Origin: Deltaproteobacteria bacterium
GTDB taxonomy: Bacteria; Myxococcota_A; Polyangia; Polyangiales; Houyiibacteriaceae
Length of the DNA stretch: 59,341 nt
Reading direction: 5' to 3'
NCBI GenBank assembly: GCA_034670305.1
Contig: JAXMNT010000046.1
Location: 1 to 59,341 of the forward strand
In this document: positions 19,331 to 28,127 of the stretch, in pieces
How the letters are laid out: each line of letters starts with the position of its first letter
How positions within the stretch are numbered: the first letter of the stretch is position 1
The notes under the pieces: generated by a model
What the model was told of the DNA's origin: nothing
Databases searched by the model: none
Seen by the model: only the letters and a program-made list of their open reading frames with translations
Made by a program: the position numbers and the translations under genes

Positions 19331-20254
19331 ATGGCGCACGGATTCGATGATGTTCAGCTGGGGACCCTCGAGATCTTCTGCGCGGCGGCCGAGCTCGGCA
19401 GCTTCACCGCCGCGGCCAAGGCCCGAAAGGTGACGCCCTCCTCCGTCAGCCGCGCCATTGGCCGCCTTGAAGAGCGTCTGGGCGCGCAGTTGTTCGTCCG
19501 GACCACACGCTCGGTCCGGCTCACCGACGTGGGCCGCCTCTACGCGGAGCGGTGTGAGCGCGCCCTGGCCGACCTGGCCGACGCCGAGCGCGACATCGGA
19601 GGCAGGCACAGCGCCACCACCGGTCAGGTCCGGGTCAGCGTCCCCACGACGTACGCGCACTACCGCCTGCTCCCCCGCATGAACGCGTTCCGTCTCCGCT
19701 ACCCTGGCATTCGCGTGGACCTGCACGTCAGCAACCGCAACGTCGACTTCGTGGGCGAGGACTTTGACGGGGTGGTCCGCGTTCGCGTCCCCCCCGACTC
19801 ACAGATGGTGGTCCGAAAGCTCGAGGACGCCCCGCTCGTGCTCGTGGCCGCCCCCTCCTACCTCGCGCGGACGGGAGTGCCCTTGGCCGTGGCGGAACTC
19901 GAGGCGCACGAGTGCATCCAGTTCGAGCTACCGAGCAGCGGTCGACCCATCCCGTGGCCGCTCCTGGTCGCAGGGCAAATCGTCGACGTGCCCACGCGTG
20001 GATCGCTCTCGTGCGCCGACGATGTGCTGGCTGGCGTGACCCTTGCGGTGGCGGGGGTGGGCATCTTCCAGGCCTACCGGTTTGTCGTGGAGGACGCGCT
20101 CGCCGATGGGCGGCTCGTGGAGGTGCTGCCCGAGACCCGCGGCGCGACCCGGCCCTTCAATGTTCTGTACCCCCACGCGAAGCGGCTGCCGGCCCGGGTG
20201 CGTGCATTCGTCGACTTCCTACTGGAGCAGCGCCGCGCCCCCCGGCGCACGTGA
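19331..20254 (+). CDS. LysR family transcriptional regulator (CrgA-like)
   Basis: SFTAAA...SSVSRAIGRLEERLG.QLFVRTTR HTH; RVRAFVDFL; divergent from the SDR operon. Confidence 0.95.
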   Translation: MAHGFDDVQLGTLEIFCAAAELGSFTAAAKARKVTPSSVSRAIGRLEERLGAQLFVRTTRSVRLTDVGRLYAERCERALADLADAERDIGGRHSATTGQVRVSVPTTYAHYRLLPRMNAFRLRYPGIRVDLHVSNRNVDFVGEDFDGVVRVRVPPDSQMVVRKLEDAPLVLVAAPSYLARTGVPLAVAELEAHECIQFELPSSGRPIPWPLLVAGQIVDVPTRGSLSCADDVLAGVTLAVAGVGIFQAYRFVVEDALADGRLVEVLPETRGATRPFNVLYPHAKRLPARVRAFVDFLLEQRRAPRRT

Positions 20255-20389
20255 GCGCGCACCTGCCTGAAGCGCTGCTGGACCGGTCATCCCAAAACGC
20301 AGCTCGGAAACGGACCCGACACCATCGACGTCAGCGGGTCAGACGCTCGGCGGAATACACACGAAGCGGTCGGTTCGCTCGTCGGGCAA

Positions 20390-20665
20390 CTACCAAGGCA
20401 GCAGTCGCGCGAACCCGTGCGCGAGAACGACAGGTTGCGCGACAGCGCATGAAGCCAAGACCAACGCAGTCTGTTCCGTATCGTCCGACACGAACCCGGT
20501 CCGGCCGACGAGCCGAAACCGATCCGCGCCCCGAAACCGGCGCGCCACCCGCCGCATCGAGAGGCCTTCGAACGGAAGCCCAAGCGCGTCGCCAAGCGCC
20601 ACCCCAAGAAGCGCCCCAAGCACCCGGTCCTGACGGTCCACGAGTGAGCGCATTGCGAACTTCAT
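20390..20665 (-). pseudogene. ADP-ribosylglycohydrolase family remnant (large internal deletion)
   Basis: GALLGVALGDALGLPFEG and SDDTEQT N-terminal motifs, but only ~91 codons long. Confidence 0.7.
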
Positions 20666-20853
20666 GCCGAGCTTGGTTGAGTCCCCGCGCGAGGATTCGG
20701 TTCGAAGCGGCTCCGTCGCGTCGTCAAGCTGGCGCTGCTGCCGACTTGGGCTGCCAGACTGCCAGAGCAACGGGCAGTCTACGTACTCGACGCGCTCCGG
20801 CGAACGTTGGGCCTCCGTGGGACACGGCCATGCTTTGCCATGGCCCCAGACGA

Positions 20854-22449
20854 TCAGCGCCAGTGGTGGGCTTCGTAGTCTCCAGCCAGGAAGTGCCAGT
20901 AGATCTCGCGCCAGCTGTAGAGGCGTTCGCCGGTGGGTGCGCCGCCGCGGTAGCCGGTCCGTTCGTAGGTGCCGCCGGCGAACTCTCGGTTGTCGAAGCG
21001 CAGGCCGTCGATGACGAACGACTCCGGCTGGTCGTCCGCGTTCTCGATGCCGTGCGCGGCCTCGAAGTCGTCGGCGATGTAGTTGTCGTTGGCGTCGACG
21101 GGCAGGGCGCCCGAGGCGAGCGGCGGGGGCGTGCCGTCGAACATGCCCGCCTCGCCGTCGCGGTCGAGGTAGTGCTGCACCAGACGTTGGTCCACCGCGT
21201 CGCGCGCCCATGGGAAAGCGCCGAGGTGCGGGAGCATCTCGTCCAGGCTGGAGGCCGCGGCGATCAGGTCGTCGCGCAGGTCGGTCTCCTCGAAGGGCGC
21301 GTCGCGCAGGTGGCTGTCGAGGTTGGCTTGCTCGACCTGGCCTTCGGGGAAGAGGTTGTCGGAGAGGAACACGTGGCCTTCCTCTGGGGTGCCGCCTCCC
21401 AGGCGCTCACCGCGCAGGAACCCGTTCGCGTAGGGCGGGTCTTGTTCCGTGCTCAGGGTCCACACGTTGCCGCTCGCGCGCACGATGCCGCCGACCCCCA
21501 TGTTCATCGCGCCGCGCGCGTTGTGCACGATGTTGTTGATGTTCTCGAACTGCTGCGAGCCGTCGGGGATGTCGTCCGGGTAGTTGGCGAGCGGGTTGCG
21601 CTCGTTGTTCGAGACCCAGAGGTTTCGGTAGAACGTGGCGCTGTGGGCGCCTTTGTAGAGCAGGGACCCACGGGTCGACTCACCGAGGATCGACGCCTGC
21701 ACGGTGAACGAGTGCGCGATCTCGTCCGGGTGGCCCGAGGGCGAGGCCGCGTCGCCCGAGAAGGAGATGTTCATCTCGCTCACGTCCGGAGGCGAGCTCG
21801 GCCAGGAGAACGAACAGTGGTCGACCATCACGTTCGTCAGCGCCCGGTCGCGGGCGCGCGCGATGATCCGCAGGTTGGACACCACCGCGCTCCCGCGGAA
21901 CCGCAGGTGGCGCCAGATCCCTTCGCCGGCCCGGCTCTCGACGCCGCCCCGATCGCTGAAGACCGCCACGCCCTCGCCGGGTGCGGTCTGCCCCAGCACC
22001 GAGTAGTGGTCGTCTCGAATGAAGATGGTCTCGGCGAACTCGATGTTGCCGGCCACCTCGAACACGATGATGCGCGGGCCGCTCGCGGTGAGCGCCGCGC
22101 GAAACGATCCGGGCCCGTCGGGGTTGGTGTTCGTGACCGGGATGATCGTGCCGCCGCGCCCGCCGGTGGTGTGGCGCGCGTACCCATGTGCAGTGGGAAA
22201 CGCTTTGCGTTCCCCGAGCACCACCAGGTCCTCCGTACCCGCATCCTGCGTCCCCGCGTCGCCGGTCGCGTCGGCAGCCGCATCCGAACCCGCGGCGTCG
22301 GATCCGCCCGCGTCTCGGTCGCCACCGTCCAAGCGACTCGAGTCCGCGCGACCGCCGTCGATCGGTTCGGACGGGCTGTGGCAATGCACACAGAAGAGCA
22401 GGGCCGCGCAGAACGCGGCCGACGCAAGAGGAGAGAAGCGGGTTGGCAT
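20854..22449 (-). CDS. pectate lyase (PL1-like) secreted/lipoprotein
   Basis: AFPTAHGYARHTTGGRGG, GPGSFRAA, IIVFEVAG, GQTAPG, DHCSFSW, RNP. Confidence 0.85.
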   Translation of the reverse strand: MPTRFSPLASAAFCAALLFCVHCHSPSEPIDGGRADSSRLDGGDRDAGGSDAAGSDAAADATGDAGTQDAGTEDLVVLGERKAFPTAHGYARHTTGGRGGTIIPVTNTNPDGPGSFRAALTASGPRIIVFEVAGNIEFAETIFIRDDHYSVLGQTAPGEGVAVFSDRGGVESRAGEGIWRHLRFRGSAVVSNLRIIARARDRALTNVMVDHCSFSWPSSPPDVSEMNISFSGDAASPSGHPDEIAHSFTVQASILGESTRGSLLYKGAHSATFYRNLWVSNNERNPLANYPDDIPDGSQQFENINNIVHNARGAMNMGVGGIVRASGNVWTLSTEQDPPYANGFLRGERLGGGTPEEGHVFLSDNLFPEGQVEQANLDSHLRDAPFEETDLRDDLIAAASSLDEMLPHLGAFPWARDAVDQRLVQHYLDRDGEAGMFDGTPPPLASGALPVDANDNYIADDFEAAHGIENADDQPESFVIDGLRFDNREFAGGTYERTGYRGGAPTGERLYSWREIYWHFLAGDYEAHHWR

Positions 22450-22542
22450 GGCCGCAGCTTGCAGCAAACCACCCGGCGTCCGACGGGGCCGAATCGGACG
22501 GTGTCCGGCCGTCCTCTTACATGAACGAGCCGATACGGCGAC

Positions 22543-24792
22543 CTACACCCGCAGCGCGACTGGGGTGGCCAGTGTCGTCCGGTATTGGTTTGGCACTTCT
22601 GTTCGGATGGCCGCGAGGATGTCGATTTGTGGGTCGTTTCGCGGGTCCTCCACGGTCAACACAGCGGCGACGGGCAATGACTTGTCTTTGAGAGTCCAGC
22701 GAGACTCGTGCTCCATCAGGAGTCGCCAGTAGCCACCAGTGAGGTGGCTGGAGAAGGTCTTCTCCAGTCGGACCAACCCCGCGTACCGATTCCTTAGGAC
22801 CGTGTCGCCATCGTTCTTCTGCACCTCCTTTAGCTGCCCCTTCGCATCGCGCTTCACAAGCTTGCACCGAACGTTGCTCTTGCAATATCCCGCCTTGAGC
22901 GTGCGGTCGGTTTCCGGTGTGCATGCAACAGTTGCTCGGATGGTCACACGGTTCTTTCCAGAGCGACTGCATAGGGCCTTGGGAACATAGAAATCAATGT
23001 ATCGAATCTCGCGGTGCGGCAGGTCGGAAGTGTGAACGAACGTTTGCGACCATTGGGTCGACTGAAGGAGCCGTGGCCCGTCCGGTTGCCCATTCCCAAC
23101 TAGGTCATCCAGATTGCTAACTGTCACATCGCTCGGGAACGCCGCGAAGTGAACCATAAGAGCGCGAACTAGCTCGGGGGTTGCGTCGGGAACCGAGTCG
23201 AACAGCTGGGCGGCAAGTCGGGTAATGAGCGGAGCGGCGTAGCTGGTGCCGCACCCCAGGCTCAAATGGTCGCCGTGACTTCCAATGCCCGCTGTTGCGA
23301 GGTCATCGGTTGCCTGCCAGTTTTGCCCATAGTTCCCGCCATGGGCAACAAGGTCCGGCTTCCGAAAGGCGGCGAACCCTGGACCGCGTCGCGTGAACGG
23401 AGAAGGGGCGCCTTGCGGAGCCAGGCTACCCGCGTTCGCCCGTTGAGCGATCGAACCTACTGTGAGAGCGAGGACGGCCTCCCCAGGGGGAAGTAGGCGA
23501 GCCCTCGTGCTGGAAAAGTAGTGAGGGTACTTCTGGGGTGGGTTTGGTTCGCCTGGTCGTGGATAGTTCCCGGAGGTGAGAACAAACAGTACGTTGTACC
23601 GTCGCGCCAGCTTGTCGAGTTCAGATGCGAGAGGCCCCACAACATCATCGGCAATTGTGCAGTCAACGCTTAGGTCTCTCGCAATAAGATTCTGAGAGAT
23701 GTTGTACACTCGGATCTGTTTATGCCATCGTTGCACAGTGTCACGGATAAGGCGCATCAGTTCCTCAGTACTCGCGCTCTTACGGTTTCCGATATCATCG
23801 TATGTTGCGGTGCATACAGAAAGAACTCTTACCTCAGGTATCAGTACTCCAGCGGCCTCTTGATCTCGCAGTGTATCGCCATAGATTACGCGGCTTGCTA
23901 CGAAACTTCCATGATCGGTGGAATACGGGGGGCCAAGAGGCTCTTCGCGGTCAATAATGCTGGCGTCTAGGTAGCGCGATCCCTTCACTACCCCGCTATC
24001 GAAGACGCAGGCCATTGCTTGACTCTTACTCGGTACGACTTGCAGCTGGCTATCGAGTTTGTGGCCTTTTCTTGAAGAGAGTTCGAGGGAGTACTCGACT
24101 GGGTCGACGCTCTGCACCGTCAAGAAGAGCTCGGCAATCTGCTCAATCGCCTTGGGTCGCGCCTGAACACGTAAGTAGAATCCGCTCTCAACATCTGTCG
24201 TCGAAACAACGATTCCTTGACTGCTTTGAAGCCAGATTCTCACTGCCTGGGTGACTGACTGCTTCTCCCGGCTAGTTAAATCTGGAAACAGTGCAAGAAG
24301 GAAGTCGCCTGAGTCGCCTTGCGTCAGTGCCTCACGAGCCCTGTCGCTGATCTTTTCGGCGGCTGGAATCGGAGCTAGTGCTTCCAAGATGGCAAACTTC
24401 GACTTGCCTGTTCCCTTCGGTGCCGCGTAGCGCTTGAGTTCTTCTAGCGCCAGCTTGAGTCCAGACTCGGTGGTGCTCACGTGGCCGACTGTCTTGGAAG
24501 GGGCACCCACGATCTCACCCTTGAGTGCTTCCGCGAGCTTGCGGGCTGTGGATGTCCATGTGGACTCGTCCGATGGCAACTCCATGCGGAAGTATCTTCG
24601 GTCGGTCCTCGCGGCATCAGCTCTGCTGGAGATGAACTGTTCGATCTTCTGTGCTTCTGCGTACACCTTGGCTGCGTGGCGGGCGTAGCTGGCTCTAGGG
24701 TAGGTGCCGCCTCCACCACCACTGTAGACCCGTGGCTGAACGCTCGACGGGGATTCAATGACAAGGTGTGGCCTATTCACTTCGTTGCTCAT
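22543..24792 (-). CDS. ietS: S8 (subtilisin-like) peptidase, IetS-type
   Basis: catalytic triad VFDSG / DHGSFVA / GTSYAAP, SGN oxyanion motif, KPDLVAHGG; overlaps the upstream AAA ATPase; no signal peptide; low GC. Confidence 0.8.
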   Translation of the reverse strand: MSNEVNRPHLVIESPSSVQPRVYSGGGGGTYPRASYARHAAKVYAEAQKIEQFISSRADAARTDRRYFRMELPSDESTWTSTARKLAEALKGEIVGAPSKTVGHVSTTESGLKLALEELKRYAAPKGTGKSKFAILEALAPIPAAEKISDRAREALTQGDSGDFLLALFPDLTSREKQSVTQAVRIWLQSSQGIVVSTTDVESGFYLRVQARPKAIEQIAELFLTVQSVDPVEYSLELSSRKGHKLDSQLQVVPSKSQAMACVFDSGVVKGSRYLDASIIDREEPLGPPYSTDHGSFVASRVIYGDTLRDQEAAGVLIPEVRVLSVCTATYDDIGNRKSASTEELMRLIRDTVQRWHKQIRVYNISQNLIARDLSVDCTIADDVVGPLASELDKLARRYNVLFVLTSGNYPRPGEPNPPQKYPHYFSSTRARLLPPGEAVLALTVGSIAQRANAGSLAPQGAPSPFTRRGPGFAAFRKPDLVAHGGNYGQNWQATDDLATAGIGSHGDHLSLGCGTSYAAPLITRLAAQLFDSVPDATPELVRALMVHFAAFPSDVTVSNLDDLVGNGQPDGPRLLQSTQWSQTFVHTSDLPHREIRYIDFYVPKALCSRSGKNRVTIRATVACTPETDRTLKAGYCKSNVRCKLVKRDAKGQLKEVQKNDGDTVLRNRYAGLVRLEKTFSSHLTGGYWRLLMEHESRWTLKDKSLPVAAVLTVEDPRNDPQIDILAAIRTEVPNQYRTTLATPVALRV

Positions 24793-25928
24793 GATGCAGC
24801 AGCCTTGGCGCGGTGGTGGAGGGTGGAGTGAGATATTCCACTCAGTCGCTCAAGTTGTTTGAAGGAGTAGGAAGAAGAACCCGCAATGCTCCGCAACGCA
24901 AGTGCCACTCGAATGATCTGGTTGGGCTCGTGGGCCTCGCCGGGACGTGAGCGCGAGACCAAGTGTTCCAGAGCTGAGAGCAGCAGTGCAATCTCAGCGC
25001 TCAGTTCACCTTGCAGAACCTGTCGCCGTCGGGCGCCATCTCCGATTCGTATGATGTCAGCTCCCGACAGGCCGACGGTTGCATGCTCCAGAACACCGAG
25101 CGCCTGTTCGCTGATATTCGAGCCTACCTCATTACAGAGAACTGTTCGGCGGGCCGCGGCGTCGGGCAGTGGAACCCCCCAGACAACCTCAAATCGACGC
25201 CAGAGTGCGGGATCGAGGAGGTGTGGATGGTTAGTTGCCGCGACAAGCAGCGACCTTGTCTCGGCGTAGTCGATCCCTTGTAGAAGTGCGATTACCACGC
25301 GCTTTAGTTCGCCGAGTTCATTGCGGTCGTCCCGCATTTTTCCAATAGCGTCGATTTCATCTATCAGGAGGATACACCGGTTTGTACTGAAGAATTCAAA
25401 GACGCGCGCTAAGTTGGATGCTGTCTCGCCCAGATACGCTGAGACGAGTCCATCAAAGCGGAGTAGATAGATCGGCATCGAAAGGGCGTGCGAGAGATGC
25501 CGCGCGATGTGAGTCTTGCCGCAACCTGGTGGCCCATACATTAGGAGAGTGTTGCGCGGATGGAGCCCCTCGTCTCGGAGCAGCGTCTCATGCTGCCATT
25601 CGGACACCAACTCACGCAGTGAGGCACTCAGCTCCTTCGGGAGGACCGGAGTTGGCACGGCTGAAACATCGAGCCTCCTCAAGTACTCAAGCGGGGGAGA
25701 GCTGGGAGAGGGGGTGGTGAACGCCAGGGTACCGACCCGATCGTAGCCACTGTCTGACTCTGCGATCTCCAGCGCGGATAGGAGGCGGTGGGCTGCGGTG
25801 AAGTGGCTTCTCGTTCGTTCCTCTTCCGCGACTTCCCGGACGACGGCCGATACATCGGCCCAGTTTCGCCGGGAGATCGCCTCCAGGAGCTCCAGGAATC
25901 GTCCAACGGATGGCAACTGTCCCCTCAA
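24789..25928 (-). CDS. ietA: AAA+ ATPase, IetA-type, with C-terminal HTH
   Basis: Walker A GPPGCGKT, Walker B LLIDEID, ELGELKRVV, AATNHP.LLD.ALWRRF; C-terminal YSFKQLERLSGISHSTL. Confidence 0.85.
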   Translation of the reverse strand: MRGQLPSVGRFLELLEAISRRNWADVSAVVREVAEEERTRSHFTAAHRLLSALEIAESDSGYDRVGTLAFTTPSPSSPPLEYLRRLDVSAVPTPVLPKELSASLRELVSEWQHETLLRDEGLHPRNTLLMYGPPGCGKTHIARHLSHALSMPIYLLRFDGLVSAYLGETASNLARVFEFFSTNRCILLIDEIDAIGKMRDDRNELGELKRVVIALLQGIDYAETRSLLVAATNHPHLLDPALWRRFEVVWGVPLPDAAARRTVLCNEVGSNISEQALGVLEHATVGLSGADIIRIGDGARRRQVLQGELSAEIALLLSALEHLVSRSRPGEAHEPNQIIRVALALRSIAGSSSYSFKQLERLSGISHSTLHHRAKAAAS

Positions 25929-26047
25929 TCCCGGAGCCGAGCGGCTCCTGTTCCTATTTTAACCCGGATTTTGCAGCATCCAACTTGAGGCGCCGCGCCA
26001 GCTGGTTGGATAGCCTATCTCAGACGGGGTGTCCACGTCGGGTGTAG

Positions 26048-26082
26048 AAAGCAGAAAGGCCCAGGCGTTTCTGCCTGGGCCT
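26048..26082 (-). terminator. intrinsic terminator downstream of tRNA-Asn
   Basis: perfect 10-bp stem AGGCCCAGGC/GCCTGGGCCT, 6-nt loop, then TTCTGCTTT on the minus strand. Confidence 0.7.
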
Positions 26083-26090
26083 CTCCGTAG

Positions 26091-26163
26091 CTCCGGATGC
26101 TGGACTTGAACCAGCGACAAGTCGGTTAACAGCCGACTGCTCTACCAACTGAGCTAATCCGGA
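26091..26163 (-). tRNA. tRNA-Asn (GTT), CCA not encoded
   Basis: TCCGGAT/ATCCGGA acceptor stem, AGCTCAGTTGGTAGAGC D-arm, GTCGG-CTGTTAA-CCGAC anticodon arm, GGTTCAAGTCC T-arm; followed by CTA. Confidence 0.97.
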
Positions 26164-26177
26164 ATGTTGGGTCGCTG

Positions 26178-26205
26178 AAAATAGCCAGCGGAGGACCTCT
26201 GTCAA
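26178..26205 (-). promoter_or_regulatory. sigma70-type promoter of tRNA-Asn
   Basis: TTGACA-N16-TATTTT ending 14 nt upstream of the tRNA 5' end. Confidence 0.7.
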
Positions 26206-26280
26206 GCAGCGATGGGGCTTGGGGTCGAGGTTCTCGGAGGGTGCGGTTTTTGTGGGGGAAGGGGGCGCTTGGCGACCGGC

Positions 26281-26931
26281 TCAGGCGCGGGGGTGCGGTT
26301 CGGGGTGGTGGGCCACGGTCCACTCGTGCTCGTGGTGGTCCAACAGGGTGTCGAACTCGGGCGGCTCGAAGGTGGGGTCGAGTTTGGTTCGGAGACGGGC
26401 GAGGGTGCGGAAGTCGCGTTGGCTGACGACGGGGATGCCGGCCTCGAGCAGCACCGCGGTCGCGACGCCGACGCCCTTCTGGTAGGCGCGCTCTTCGACC
26501 ATGCGGCAGCCGAGCGAGATGACCTGGCTCCCACACGCGGCGCTCATGTCGGTGAGCACCGCCAGCTCGACGTCGTTCGCCTTGGCGAACGCGAGCATGG
26601 CGTGGGCGCCTTCGATCATCTTGTCGGTGAGGTCGGCGCCGTGTTGGTCGAACACCTTCGCCCGCCCCGCGAGCACGTCGAAGCCATCGCCGTCGTGAAT
26701 GTCCGGCATCGTGCGCGGCGTGCCGAGCGCGTGCTGCTCGGGACAGAACGGCAGGGCCTTCAGCGGGGGCAACGCGAGCAGATCGACGAGGATGGAACCA
26801 AGCCCGTAGTCGTCTCCGTCCACCCCGCACTGCCAGCCGGCGAGACAACCGCTGACGAGGACGCGAAGTGGCGCGTCGGGGGTGGGGGCGCGGAGCGCGT
26901 CGAGCGCGGCGGGGTGGTGCGGCAGCAGCAT
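26281..26931 (-). CDS. DUF523 / 2-thiouracil desulfurase family protein
   Basis: VLVSGCLAG..C, FCPE..LGTPR, S.ACG, GVGV.TA.L motifs. Confidence 0.85.
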   Translation of the reverse strand: MLLPHHPAALDALRAPTPDAPLRVLVSGCLAGWQCGVDGDDYGLGSILVDLLALPPLKALPFCPEQHALGTPRTMPDIHDGDGFDVLAGRAKVFDQHGADLTDKMIEGAHAMLAFAKANDVELAVLTDMSAACGSQVISLGCRMVEERAYQKGVGVATAVLLEAGIPVVSQRDFRTLARLRTKLDPTFEPPEFDTLLDHHEHEWTVAHHPEPHPRA

Positions 26932-27000
26932 GACCGAATGCTGGGGCCGTTCGGCGCCGAAGGGAATGGGGGCCGCGCAGCGCGGATCCGAAGGACAGGA

Positions 27001-27160
27001 GCTGTCGCTATATCTGGTGCTGTAGCTGTAGCTGGTAGCTGTCGCTGTCGCTGTTGCTGTCGCTGTAGCTGGTAGCTGTTGCTGTCGCTGTCGCTGTCGC
27101 TGTTGCTGTCGCTGTCGCTGTCGCTGTCGCTGCCGCTGCCTCTGCCTCTGCCTCTGCCTC
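27001..27160 (+). repeat. imperfect hexamer array (CTGTAG/CTGTCG/CTGTTG, then CTGCCG, then CTGCCT)
   Basis: read directly; preceded by TCCGAAGGA at 26987-26995. Confidence 0.92.
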
Positions 27161-27320
27161 GACTCGCGGCCAAGGATGCGGACGTCCCCCGGCACCGTGT
27201 GGTGCGACGGAACTCCCCCACACTCCCCCTCAACTCCCCCGAACTCTCCCCAAAACGAACCAGGAGCTCGCGCTGGGCTGGCACCCAACAGGAGCGTCCC
27301 GGGCACCAGCAAGACTTCAG

Positions 27321-27524
27321 GCCCGAGCCGAAGCCGAATCCGAATCCGACGCCGACGCCGACGCCGAAGCCGACGCCGACGCCGAAGCCGAAGCCGAAGC
27401 CGATGCCGACGCCGAAGCCGACGCCGACGCCGAAGCCGAAGCCGACGCCGATGCCGATGCCGAAGCCGATGCCGAATCCGAAGCCGAAGCCGCAGCCGAA
27501 ACCGAATCTGACGCCGAAGCCGCC
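27321..27524 (+). repeat. imperfect hexamer array (CCGAAG/CCGACG/CCGATG/CCGAAT) x~33
   Basis: read directly; lies upstream of the four-helix-bundle leader. Confidence 0.92.
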
Positions 27525-27593
27525 CTTGATCCTCCAGCGTGCGCCCCTTCTCGTGGAGGTTGGGCGCTGGCCCGATGGATGGTCCAGCGTAGC

Positions 27594-27740
27594 GGTCGGC
27601 GGGGTGGCGCCTCAAGGAGGCCTTCGGCCCGGCGGGATGCCCGCCGCTTCGCTGGCGCGCTTCGCGCTTGCTCGTCCTTGACCCGCCACCCCGCCGACCA
27701 CTGGGGGCGCTTCGCGCCCTCGGGCGAGTTCACGCTCGGC
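27594..27740 (+). ncRNA. putative structured leader (RNA or ssDNA) of four-helix-bundle gene A
   Basis: perfect 16-bp IR 27594-27609/27684-27699 enclosing a TCAAGGA/TCCTTGA stem and hairpins GGCCTTCGGCC, CGGCGGG-ATG-CCCGCCG, GCGCTTCGCGC; then GGGCGC-TTC-GCGCCC. Confidence 0.55.
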
Positions 27741-27760
27741 GCACACAAGGCAGGTTCTCG

Positions 27761-28072
27761 ATGCTGGTATTCGACAAGTCGCTTCTACTTCTCTCGCTCC
27801 TGGTGCGTGAGGTCTTGCCTCGCATTCGCGAGGCGTCGCTGAAGTCGCAGCTGCGGCGGGCCGCGCAGGCTGTTCCTCTACTGATTGCGGAGTCTCGGAG
27901 TGCGCGGGGCGGGAGGAACCCGGACGGGTTCTCGCGTGCTCTCGGGGAGGCGCGCGAGGTAAAGGCCGCCCTGCAGGTCGCGGCGGTCATGGGGTACGTC
28001 GAGGCAGGGGAGGACGTGTACGACCTCGCGGACCACGTCTGCGCGATGTTGTTCAAGCTGAGTCGGTCCTAG
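27761..28072 (+). CDS. four-helix-bundle protein (23S rRNA-IVP/Avd-like), copy A
   Basis: 103 aa; SLKSQLRRAAQAVPLLIAE, FSRALGEAREVKAAL, VCAMLFKL. Confidence 0.8.
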   Translation: MLVFDKSLLLLSLLVREVLPRIREASLKSQLRRAAQAVPLLIAESRSARGGRNPDGFSRALGEAREVKAALQVAAVMGYVEAGEDVYDLADHVCAMLFKLSRS

Positions 28073-28079
28073 GCCGCGC

Positions 28080-28107
28080 GGGCGGTGCGTCTCCGGACGC
28101 ACTGCCC
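28080..28107. terminator. 12-bp hairpin right after four-helix-bundle copy A
   Basis: GGGCGGTGCGTC-TCCG-GACGCACTGCCC (one G-U pair); weak U-tract. Confidence 0.45.
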
Positions 28108-28127
28108 TGTTCCCGGCATCCCGACCT

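Noticed and set aside
22450-26090. attL/attR duplication of the tRNA 3' end, or an integrase bounding the ATPase-protease island
   Set aside because: None found by eye; the GGGTGT pair at 26027 and 26040 is too short to call
27678-27710. TTGACC in the leader as a sigma70 -35 box
   Set aside because: No -10 element at the proper spacing, and the site lies within a paired stem
27761-28072. 23S rRNA intervening sequence
   Set aside because: No rRNA sequence flanks any of the four-helix-bundle genes
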